From: Phoronis australis
Lineage: Eukaryota > Animalia > Phoronida
NCBI GenBank assembly: GCA_002633005.1
Contig: NMRA01000787.1
Location: forward strand, 28,690 to 84,196
Direction of reading: 5' to 3'
DNA: 55,507 nt
The position numbers and the translations under genes were made by a program. Positions 37,506-48,500 of the stretch are shown here, piece by piece (the first letter of the stretch is position 1; each line of letters starts with the position of its first letter). The notes below the pieces were generated by a model that searched no databases, was not told the origin of the DNA, and saw only the letters and a program-made list of their open reading frames with translations.

Positions 37506-38361
37506 CAGCATGGTGTCTTTGTTAATCCCAGGAAATTTCAAGGCACGCAAACTGGTAAAGTAGCCCAATCTCAATTGGTGAGGGTGTCAACATAGGATTC
37601 TTTTCATCTACTTTTTGTTGTTTAAGCTGGTTTCTCGTGGCGGTGCAATATGGCACGAAAAGTCAACTTTGCCTATCATTTGTCAAGCCTACATTTGAGT
37701 GATTAATGAAGCTAGTTTTATTTTGCTGAGGCATTGCAGGGACTATCTGGTTAGCCCAATACACCTAAAATAACAAAAGTCCATTCAAAGTAGGCTTTAA
37801 ACAATGCAACATCACCACAGCTACACCTGTGGAGTTGATGTGATTATGTCATTGTTACCAGTTGGAAGGAATTAATTTGTGAATTAATTTGCTTGTTCTT
37901 AACCACCTTGTGGTTGTAGTAGTACTGATGTTGCATTGCAGAACTTATGCAAAACGTTCAACTCTGAAGATTTGTAAAAGCGAACACGAATGTGATCATT
38001 AAGTTTTGCCTCTTCCGTTTTAGTTAATGCTGTGGCCAAAACTGATATCGTGGAATACAGACAAGTGACCAAGCAATTTAAGCGCTATGACAGAAAAATT
38101 AGCGGAAGTAGACAAACAGGAGTCCAGGTTGTCTGCAGACCACTGCTTGGTCATTTCTGAATAACAGGTGGAAGAATATAAAGTACCTGCTATGTTTTCT
38201 CATTCTCATATCCCGCACTGGTCAGATCCTTGATCAGCTCCTGAGCTTTGAATTCTTTGGAAACAAGAAATACCCCTGAATACAATTAACTAAAACAAAT
38301 GAGCACATTCACGTATTATAAGCTGTACTAAAGGATCCGCCTTACTTGGCCTTACTTAACC

Positions 38362-39446
38362 TTACTTGAACTCTGGTTCAAACTTGAGGAACTTTTTCAG
38401 TTTGAGTGGAAGAGGTAGTTCCATGATGTCATGTTCTCTGTATACCTGCAAGACTACAATGCGACAGAAATGCTGCAGGCTGAGGGTACTTGGTAACTTG
38501 TATACCTGGACACTTGGTGTCAATAAGTTACCCTGTTCGTTAACTGAAATAGCCATGCGGTTACTACATACAGAGAACAAGGGGAGATAATTGATTGGGC
38601 AACAGTGTACTGCACATGTGAGGCGTTGATATTTAATGCAGTGCAGAGCATCAGCTGTGTCGGCATTCATCACATACACAGCGATGTTGATGGCTTGAAA
38701 TATGTTTCGTTTACGCTCTTTACAGAAACATGTGTTATCCATGGTGACGGCGAGCAGGAGAGTGCCATCCGGAGAATACATCAATTCCTGTAACACTGAC
38801 GTTTCAAAAGTGGACACATTCCTTGCCAAAATTTGCCACGTATCTGTTCTAACTAAGCACAAGCTTGACATGAGGTGAGCATCAAAATTTGTGATAGCCA
38901 AACGACTTGATTCAAATCTAGGATCAAAAACAAAATGAGAGTCGTCAACATGCAATTGGAGGGTAGTCAACTGCGCTTTGGCTTTACTTGTAAGATCGTA
39001 CAACTTCAGTTGAATACTTTCGTTGGTAGCTGAAGGAACTTTCACAAGACATCTGGTGTTATCCGGAGATAACTGGCCCCGAAGAACGATATTCAATACT
39101 TCTTCATGCTGTTTACCAAAAATGCCCAGAAACTTGTTCGCCTTGACGTCAATCAGGCCAAACTGTGAGGCCATGTTGCGCACAAGATGAAGCACAATGA
39201 GGTACTGGCTGTGGCACAGTACACCCCGCACATGGAAATTTTGGATGGAAGAAAGTTGAGCCGGTATGTGATTGTACTCGAAGTGTTCCACCATCTTGGT
39301 GAACTTACTGCGCTTCCGGAAACTGAAGATGGAGGATGCCTTGTTCACGTTGATAATGCCTTGCCGATTGATGCAGAATGTTGGACTGCAGTCCTTGTGA
39401 ACAATGCCCTCGCATATCAGAACGGGTTCACTGAAGCCAGCAGCTT
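38362..39446 (-). CDS. Main coding exon of SOCS-box protein with beta-propeller/WD40-like body
   Basis: The frame is open from the acceptor ttgcag| (39446) to TAA (38362). C-terminal SOCS box LSLQHFCRIVV...IMELPLPLKLKKFL (BC box plus LPxP cullin-5 box). Propeller-like turns LSPDNTRCLV, FDPRF, YSPDGTLLLAV, FSVCSNRMAI. The GTG start in the ORF track is internal. Confidence 0.9.
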
Positions 39447-40729
39447 CTGCAATACCAAGTTACAAGATTTTGAAAAGACAGTAAAAACATACTTCTCAAC
39501 CCTCAACACTAAGAAAATTGTTTGGCTGTCATTTATTTGAGAGGTAGCCAAAATCTCCTTCCACATCAATTTTCCAAATTTCAGATCACAATCTGCAGTT
39601 CATTATGTCAAGCCGTGCTTGTGCTCATCAAAGCTGCTCATATTGAATTTTCATTTCTCATAAGTTTTCCAGGGTATAATTTCCGTTTTTCATATGAAGT
39701 GATATTTCTAGCAAAAAGTAAAACACATTATAGTTACTTGATCTAGTAAATGATTGTGATTAACCACATTTGTAATCTTCTTTGAATTCATAATTTTCAA
39801 TTCTCATGAGTTTTCTAAGCACGGAAAATACTTTAATTTCTGGATTTTTGATCACTACAGGAAATCACGTTATTGCACTGAATCCAACAGAGCCTGCAAC
39901 ATTAGGTGAATTAGGTGGTAATTGCGTGATACATGACATCACGAACTAAAGTTAAATTGCAAGATTTAAGTTAGCAACACTGAAGCAATCTGTGTATCTA
40001 CATATAGGAATGCTGACTCAGCGCATTAACAACAAAACAATACTAGGGTTCCACCCAAAAAACATGACCCAAAACAAAGATGCAGTTCGGGCTTGAAGAA
40101 CAGCAAAAGTCTATTACTCAGGCATCATGATTGTCCATTAAAGGCAAAAAAGAATCGTTTCTTCATGTCTCTACCTTAACTCATTTTGAGACCTGCACCC
40201 ACAAACAACACTTGCCCACTTCAATTTCACCCAAGAACAAGGTCTTAAATATTCTTAGGTTCTTAATAAGTTGCACTGACAAAGGTACATGTACGTATGC
40301 AAGGCTCAAAAGGTCACTTGAGTAAAAAAATGCATCTCTTTCTCTTGTCTTATTTTGGTGATTTTTGTTTTTGAAAAACTGACCAACTAAAAAATATCAC
40401 ACAACTAACCGGAGTTTCAAAAAACAACAAAAGACATTAAGAACCAACTGCGACCTTTTTGGTTTAACTAGAACTATTGTGACCAAGGAATGACATTCAT
40501 GAGCAAAAATCTGTTGCCATGGAGCAGTAATGTGTGTAACAAAATTGAACAACTCGTCAGAAAAAAGTTCACGAAACAAGAACTATGTCAATAAGAAAAG
40601 AACAATTGGAAAGCAGTCCATGGCATAACAACTTTTTCAATAATAAAAGAATTATTTGCTGGAAAGGAGACAAGAACTCTGTCAATAAAAAACAAGAGCA
40701 ACGCTTGGAGGTTGACATGTGCCCACTTT

Positions 40730-41170
40730 GCACTAGGAGGTGCTGCAGTAGTCGAATCGGCACAAAAATCAAATGGTGGCATCATAAGCTTTTGAGTCAA
40801 ATTTCACTGAAATCCATCGATCACCTCTAGATGACATCCAAAACACTCCTCCCCAAAACACATGAAAAGCTCCATTTCACAATGCTACAGTGGACAAATC
40901 CCAGGCATTGAAAACAAATGGTCCGGCACATTGACATCACGAGTATTATTAAAATCCGTCAGTCAGTTCTTATGACATCATCCGGAAACACTCCTCCCAC
41001 AAACAACATTGAAAAGACCCCTTGACGAGAACAGAATGGCCACTAGGTGTCGCTGCAATGGTCAGATCATCCTGAAAACTTAATTGTATCGCATACCTTT
41101 GCGTCAATGTGGTTCCCTACACATCATCCTGAAACGCTCTCACATACAATGGCCTCATGGAGGCGCCACA
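40730..41170 (+). repeat. Old dispersed repeat containing CCACTAGGWGGYGC motifs
   Basis: cactaggaggtgctgcagtagtcgaatc...aaatcaaatggtg recurs at ~33156 and ~47861. Further variants at 41040 and 41153. Confidence 0.6.
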
Positions 41171-42872
41171 GTTGCGGAAGGAAGAAATAATTGTACCAAC
41201 AAAAAGGGCAATCGCAGGTGGCAGAAACAAAATGTAAGTGATCCAAATTTTTACTTCTTAATGCCTAAGCTCAGCTTATCACACTCTCAGTTTTTACGAG
41301 CAAGATATACTTGAAAGATCCCATGTTTTGCAAATGCCTGTCGTATGCAATTACCTCAAAAATGTGCAAAACTGACACCATCCCTCGAGAAAAGGGCAGT
41401 TAGAACTACAGCTTCACCTTGTGTTATTTGAGTGAGAAAACACTCGCATTCTCCTACTTTGTGGTTTGACTCCTGCATGCCAGACCAACGCATGACCTGA
41501 ATCGGACATTCGGGTAGACATCCACTCCTCAATGTTCACCCTCTGCTTAGTGCGCAACCCCTGCTTCTTATAATTCCTCAGATTGCATCCTAGGCATTCA
41601 AATGGATGAGTAATAAGTACCAAATGGCCTCTGTGTTCAAATTGGGAAAAAGATTGTACACCCTGTGTGTACCAAATATAGTACATGCCAAAAGTATTCA
41701 GACCAAATGGTATGGAATTCTATGTCATGGTGACTACGCAGAATTTAAATCCATTAGCAGGAAAGATTAGTAAGGTGAGCAAGTCATTCAGTCTGTAATA
41801 AGAACTAAGCCGTCGTCATAGTTATCGCCAGTCATTTTTGTTGTAAAACAGAATTAGCCATCATGACGAAGAAATGGTACTTTGCCTGATTAATTTGTCA
41901 TGTCGAACGTCATCTGACAAAGTGACTGACGATTTCCTATCTTGACTATCTTGATGGCAGAGCACAAGCTCAGCAAGTGTAGCCATCCATCATGACAGGA
42001 AAGTTGAGTAAGAGGAAATTCTACTGTGTAGTTACGCCTTAAATCCTTGTTCCCAACTTGGTCATAAATGCTTGAATTCGGTTATCAAAAAGAACGATTT
42101 TGGTATGATATTTTAAATATTTCTTCTACAATTTGTGTACTTTTAATTGACTGATTATTATGAAAAGCTGCGTGTGCAGAGGATCCAGTAACAGCAATCG
42201 GACAGACAATGTTTCAGTTTTTGCATTTCCAAAAGACCCTAAATATCGCTCAGACTAGGCCCAGTTTCGTACGTTGAACATGGAGCAAGCGAAAAGTTCA
42301 GGCGCCTCGCTGTGCTCAGCCAATATTGAAGAATCGTGCAGCAGTAGATTTGATGTAGGTTTCCAATGTGTAAGTGCATTTGATGGAGAAAAGTGTAGTG
42401 TTTTGTACCATTGCTAGGAACGTAGTTGTCAGGCACATGTTGAACAGCCTCAGCATCCAATTTTGACTGAGATAATGAATGTGATTGCAGTAAGTTTCTA
42501 TCAGTCTATCCTTGTTCAAGACTTTGTGGGAATGCATGCTATCCACATACTTCAATGTCCAATGGTAAAAAACGGGATGCAGATGCCACTCAAATAGTTT
42601 GAGGTCATGACAGTAGCCAGTACAGACAGGCTGGAGTTGCACACATGTACCAAAATAAGTGTCATATCACAGTGGCACAAGCTTTGAAATTCTGGAACAG
42701 ATACAACAGAGACGAGTATCAATTACCAGAAATAAAACCCAGTAAGCATCATTACAATGAGATATGATCGTTCCTGACAAGCGCACTCAGCATTCGAAGA
42801 AATGGAATCAGGGTCTGTTATTGGCGATGAGGCTTTGACAGTCTGGGTAAAATGTTCAGTTAGATTTACAAT

Positions 42873-43200
42873 CAGCAGACCTCTAATCATTGTTATCAGC
42901 AATGCTCTTTCAATGACTTTGCTATAATAGACCAAGCAGAAACAACAAAGGAGCTTAAAATTCCTGAGGCTCTACACATCAGTTGGTGCAAACCCTATCT
43001 CAATAGGCAATTAGCACACCACAGGTTGTCATTGTTGGTCTGGTTTGTAGTCACTCCCTGTGACTGTGTCTGTGTTTCATCACAGCCTAGCTAGGTGGCC
43101 ACTACGTTCTCTGTCTTCTGATGATGGTGTTTACATAAACGACACCGAAACATGTCAAGCCGTTTTAAATCCGTTGTTTTTTTTTTAACATGCTTAACAA
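42873..43200 (+). mobile_element. Penelope-like element 3' end (GIY-YIG C-terminus + pLTR) in host intron
   Basis: Manual translation NHCYQQCSFNDFAIIDQAETTKELKIPEALHISWCKPYLNRQ matches the PLE DFxILD...LxIKEAxxI...KPxLNxQ terminus, and a hammerhead follows. Confidence 0.8.
43113..43161 (+). ncRNA. Minimal type-I hammerhead ribozyme
   Basis: CTT-CTGATGA-T-GGTGT(ttacataaacg)ACACC-GAAA-CATG-TC|AAG: both core boxes intact, stem II, palindromic ACATGT stem III, GUC cleavage triplet, short stem I CTT/AAG. Confidence 0.78.
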
Positions 43201-43694
43201 ACTTAAACACATACTAGTACTCTGTTCCCATCATTGTTGATCACCTTTTTTACCGCACTTGTTCCCATATACATAACAGTTACATCCATCATAAAATATG
43301 TTTAATTGAGAAAATGAATTTTCGAAAAAGGCGTACTGTAATTTGTCTTTCATGTGTGAGCAAAAAACCCTCAGTGCCTCGACAATGCAAACCCAAAATT
43401 CTTTACTAATTATCGTTCACACTCCAGTCTTTAGTGACACCACTAAGACTCAGCGGACTAAGATTTGAGTGATATATTCAAGTTAAGTATTTTTTTCTGG
43501 GTCAAGAAAATATGCATTATTTCTAGAAAGAAAAATGCGGTTTCCATTTTTTCCTCAATCTACAAATTCAAACAAAAGTGATAAGGCAAATAATGAACAC
43601 TGCAAAAATCTGGTTCCGCAAGATTCATCCAGGAATGAATTTGTTTCACTGGAGTTAATTTTGAACCTCAGAAAATGACAAGATTTGGCGGTAC

Positions 43695-43842
43695 CTGCAT
43701 GACCAGCCTTCCATTGGTCTAGAGTGCACTGATGAAGCAGCGTCCAAGGAGAGCACTGGTTTGGATGGGATACTCTGCGCGTGATTGTAGAGCTCTGGTC
43801 ATCAGATTTCCTGTCATGTGGCTTACTTTCATCAGAACCCAT
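43695..43842 (-). CDS. First coding exon of the SOCS-box gene (MGSDESK...)
   Basis: Acceptor ctcttacttgcag| at 43850, ATG at 43842, donor GCAG|gtac at 43695. Its 148 nt (phase 1) join the 1085-nt exon in frame: 1233 nt = 410 aa + stop. Confidence 0.72.
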
Positions 43843-45017
43843 TCCTAAACCTGCAAGTAAGAGATGGTTGTTGAACATGTATACAGTAACAGGAAGTACA
43901 AGAAAGTGTGACCCTATCTTAACTTTGGAGAGGAGGGTGAAAGAGCGAAGAGGGTCAGAATGGCAAGGGAATGGGATAGAAGAACAGTGGGGCATAGAGG
44001 GATAGTAAGGAGGACAGAGTAAGAAAGGAAGGTTTGTAAAGCAACAGTACTCGGTGTGCAGCCACTGAAGAACTGGTAAAGGTAAAAACCTTTTCAGTTT
44101 GGGACAGTCTCTATAATTTGGGAACCAAACTTCAAGCCAAAATATAATTTTCTCGATTTGAACTAGAGCGATTTTGATGTTTACCAAATTTTTCAAATTT
44201 AGACCCTACATTTTGTATCGACAGAGCCTGAAAATGGACTAGGCAGCTCATAAAACCATTGAAAACAGTTGACCTGGATCCTATAAGTGTGAAACACAAA
44301 GGTGAAGGATCATTTGCCGATGATCATTACAACTTGGGAAGGCAAAGAGTCAATTTTGAAAATTTGGTACAACTTACCGTAGCAGTGACTGTAATTAATT
44401 TTATAGTCTGTAGGAAAATGTTTTTTGTGTCAATGACCACGATGAAGTTTTTACAGCAAATTGTAGACCGTGTTTCCTAAAGCAACAGTATCCAGAGTCC
44501 TCAAAAAGAATTAGTAAACTGCATGCTTAGGACAACAACCAACTTGAAGGGAGACAGAAGACGAATGATACGCACGTAAAACACTTACGTAAATCAGACG
44601 ATATGCTGAGGCGTGCTGTTCAAAACTGATAGGAAGAAAGAAAGACCGACCTACAGAAAGACGCAATGACATGATTAACATACTCAGAGAAAACACGAGT
44701 ATTGAAAGTAAAAATAGAAGACTATTTGATTCCCTATCCTTCTTAATGGTGACTTGGAAGCTCTTAACGAGGTGAGCTAATCAGTCAGAAATCATTAAAG
44801 AAGCAGCTGATAGTTAAGCAGAATAAATGTGCCACTAATGATTTCTAGAACAGGTTGGAACACAATGAGCCGTGAGTGTTTTCACAGAAAATAGTAACAT
44901 GTGCTGATACTCCACCACCACCACCATCATAATAAGCTCAAGGCATGAAACTGATCATATATATATATATAATTGCCGGGGAGAACGAGTATCTGTGATG
45001 AAACCATGGGCTATAGT

Positions 45018-45110
45018 CACTTGCACGGGTCCAGCATTTTGAGAACCAGTTCTAAGCACTGAATAATGGGAATCAAACTGGTTCTCAAAATCAGGTACCC
45101 ATGTGAGTAT
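45018..45110. repeat. Short hairpin / mini foldback element
   Basis: Perfect 16-bp inverted repeat attttgagaaccagtt (45036-45051) / aactggttctcaaaat (45076-45091), with degenerate outer extension. Confidence 0.7.
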
Positions 45111-47499
45111 TGCTGAAATATATAGACACTAAAATCCTGTATATTGACTGAGAGTAAAATATACGCTGTGATTAAAATTCTTCTCTCTATGAGCACATGC
45201 AGCTGAGCACAGGGAGAATTTCTCTAGTGACACCTGATGGCAGGGAAAGATAATCTAGAGAAAGCAATACTCTGGATAAAATGCTGCATAAAACCAGTGA
45301 TAATTTATCCCACTTGCTCGATGGATGTATTCCATAGAGCTGCTGAGCACATTTCTTCAAGTAGCAAAGGAGCAAACGGTCATTTTAGATGCTGGTGGAC
45401 AATTCAGCAACCACTGTAACAGTGCTTAATTCCTAGTTTTAAGACATTTCTCTATTAGACTATCTCAGCTCAGCTGGGCCATCTTGGCTTGTCATGGTGT
45501 GCCAGTTTCCGAGTTAAGCAGAGAGTTTACATGCTGACATACCATAATCTTACTTAATGTGTAGATCCGGTCATATTAGCCTGACAATTTGTAATCACAG
45601 TGGCCCCCCTAAAATTCTCCCAGTTTACATTTGTAAGATGGGGGATGCCAATGTCTAACGGGCAAAATCCTGGCTAATACTCTGTCATGGCCCCCCCTAA
45701 CTCAAAATCCTGCATCCGCCCCTGAATCAGATACAGCATATTTAGACAAAATACACCACATTATAATATTGTAATATCAGGCTTAAAAGATGGCAAGAAC
45801 CCATTGCATCTGATAATTTTTGCTTCTCTGTGCTGAACTATAGAGCGGATTCGCAAAATGTCATCAATTTTCACAACATATATTATTACGATAAGTATTC
45901 AACAGTTCTCTAAGGTGGAACAACAGATTCTCACCACTAGGTGACTGCCATGCATGGTTTCAACTGTTATTTATTTGCTACGCGCTTGCTTAACATGCCA
46001 TCGTTTGGACATTTTGGACCCAATAAAATAAACAAAAATGCCAAAATTAAAAACAATATTAATAATTAGACCAGATTCCCATAGCGTTGTGATCGAGTTA
46101 CTAAGCACTTCAAAAACTATTACCTGGCTATGGCTTATGGACCCAGCGGCCAATCTTAATCCTTCTCAACTTCCCGTGAGCATACATTATGGGTGCAACC
46201 ATTGTTGGAGCACACCGAAAAAGCCAAACATTAGACAGGTATAAGTTTCATGTGCTACATTACCCCTGTGGTTACCTGAATCAGAAAAATTCCAACACTT
46301 CCCAAGTTTTTGAAGTTGAGCACTTTCTATTACTATTTGTGTTTCCAATTAGCATCATATTAGTGGCAGATACATCATCATTAAATATCCAAACAGAAAG
46401 CACTTGTCATCTGTCGAGTAAGGAACACGTTTGTACGCGATCCAAATCAAAACTTTGTCTCTTGGATGGAACACAAGATTTTTGTCACTTTAAATCAATT
46501 TTGTCTTCCTAAAGAATTGCTTTGCAGCGACACCTGACCTATGGGTCAGATTCAAGACCGTGCAATATGTTGCTGAATCACATGCAAAAAACTTGTCGTC
46601 TTTCAATAATCACATTTATCAAATTTGGCATGCCTTGTTAACTCTACATAACATAGTTTTAGAAGACTTGAGGAATCTACGTGACAGTGTTCAGGAAAAA
46701 AATCAAGTTATCTACTACAGTATGCTCATTTGGTTTCGTCTGAAGCCAGGAAATGGCACCCCACTGGTCTATGACCTGTTCATATGTCTAGTGACCCTAG
46801 TGGAAGTTATGAAGGTTATTTATCACAGCATTCAGTTGCACACTTGATGCACTCCTTCTTGTATTGGTCCAAGACTTGCTTAATATTAGAAATAGACAAT
46901 ATTAAAAAATTTCACTCGACGACAAACGATCATTCGTTACACACAATGGGACGCATGAAGATGCTGCTTTGGAGTCTGCTTTTAACGTTTTCATGAACTA
47001 CTTATACTAAATAAGTAAAAAGTAGAGTGTCGGCTTTTCAGAATTATGAAGATCACCAAAATTGCCCATTATCATCAAGAAAATTCAATTATACCTTGAA
47101 CTTTGGTGTTCCGAATTTTAGCAACCCCAAGAATTTTTACCATAGTGAGAGTTGATGCACACCTTTGACCCAAAAATCGTAGCTATCCAAAACGCAGTGG
47201 GGTTTGAGTTTGTTTTTGAAAGTCTTGGTGGTTTGAGGAATATGGCCTGACATTAAGGAATATACAGTGACAATTGTCATATTCTTGTCTGTCAGTGCTA
47301 CATATATGGTGACGTATGTACGGAAAAATGTCATCAATTCCAAATAATCACAAAATTGGTCTTTTTTTCATTTTTCAAATGCTGCCAATGATGCTGTGAA
47401 TGCTTTCAGTCCCTCAGAATCATCGACAGATAGTAGCTATAGTAAACATTTTTCAATGGTCGAATATGCCAGAAAATTTAACCATGTCCATGCATTTAC

Positions 47500-48500
47500 A
47501 TCAATATACATCTATGTCAACTTTCATTGAAATCTGTTGATTGTAGTTCTCCAGACACCATCCATAAAGTTACATTCTTCCCAGGGGTCAAATCTGCCCA
47601 GGAACTGGGCCATTCTCATCATATTCCACTGTGTCAAGTCTCAATGAAATCCATTTATTAGTTGTGTAGATATTATCCAGAAATGCTCTTTTCCAAACCA
47701 CATTTGAAATGCCTCTTGTTGAGAACAAAAAAGCCACTAGGACTCTGGAGCTACAGTGGTAATGTTGGCACTGTTGACATCACATACCTCTGTGTTCAGA
47801 TTCACTGAAATCCTTCAACCAGTTCTCTACATATCATCTGGAAACACTCTCACAAAATGGCCACTAGGAGGTGCTGAAGTTGTCGAATCTGTTTCAAAAT
47901 CAAATGGTGTCGGTTCCCTTTCATCATATACATCTATTTCAACGTGACTTGACACAGTGGTTTATCATATAAATGTGCCAGCAAAGTTTGATTTTCTGCC
48001 ATATTCGACTACTTCCTCATTCTGGTTGCCATTTTATGTGAAAGACGTTTCCAGACAATATGCAGAGAACCCACCGAGGGATTTCAAAAGATTGTGATGT
48101 CGATGTGATGACACAATTTGTTTTTGGCCAGACTGAAACACTACAGCGCCTCCTAATGGCCGTGTTGAGAACCCATTGAAAGATTTCAACAAGAGCAACG
48201 CGAAACGTTGAAATGCACCCATGAATGCATAACTAACGGTGTGCTTCTGTATCATAAAAATGGCCTCTAGATGGCGCAAAAAAACAGCTGGATACCAACA
48301 CAGACAGGGCGGCAACATGCACCTACATAATTATGTGGGTACATTAAATCTATTTGCACATAGCAATTTCAATATCAGGTACACAATGACATTAATAAAA
48401 CTGCCAAACAAGTTCACATTATCTGAGAATGTGATCAAGCCACGCTTATAGTCCTCAAATCGTCATGTCAAACAAACAGACAGAATGACTAAAAAAAACC
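47500..48500. repeat. Old dispersed repeat, same family as 40730-41170
   Basis: Motifs at 47861 (ccactaggaggtgc), 48146-48159 (inverted) and 48264 (cctctagatggcgc), plus shared tttcaytgaaatcc and ggaaacactc segments. Confidence 0.55.

Noticed and set aside
39187-39540. 117-aa + strand ORF
   Set aside because: Antisense shadow of the SOCS-box coding exon.
41418-41662. Candidate internal exon of the SOCS-box gene
   Set aside because: 245 nt is not a multiple of 3, and there is an early stop in the required phase.
42316-42642. ORF with LKYVDS, reminiscent of a reverse-transcriptase YxDD motif
   Set aside because: Second Asp absent and no PQG motif upstream; too weak to call.
42727-42842. Candidate internal exon (cccag|...|gtaatt)
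   Set aside because: 116 nt would break the frame between the two phase-compatible exons.
43555-44196. 213-aa ORF as a single gene
   Set aside because: Only 43842-43695 is bounded by splice signals; the remainder is pyrimidine-rich intron read-through.
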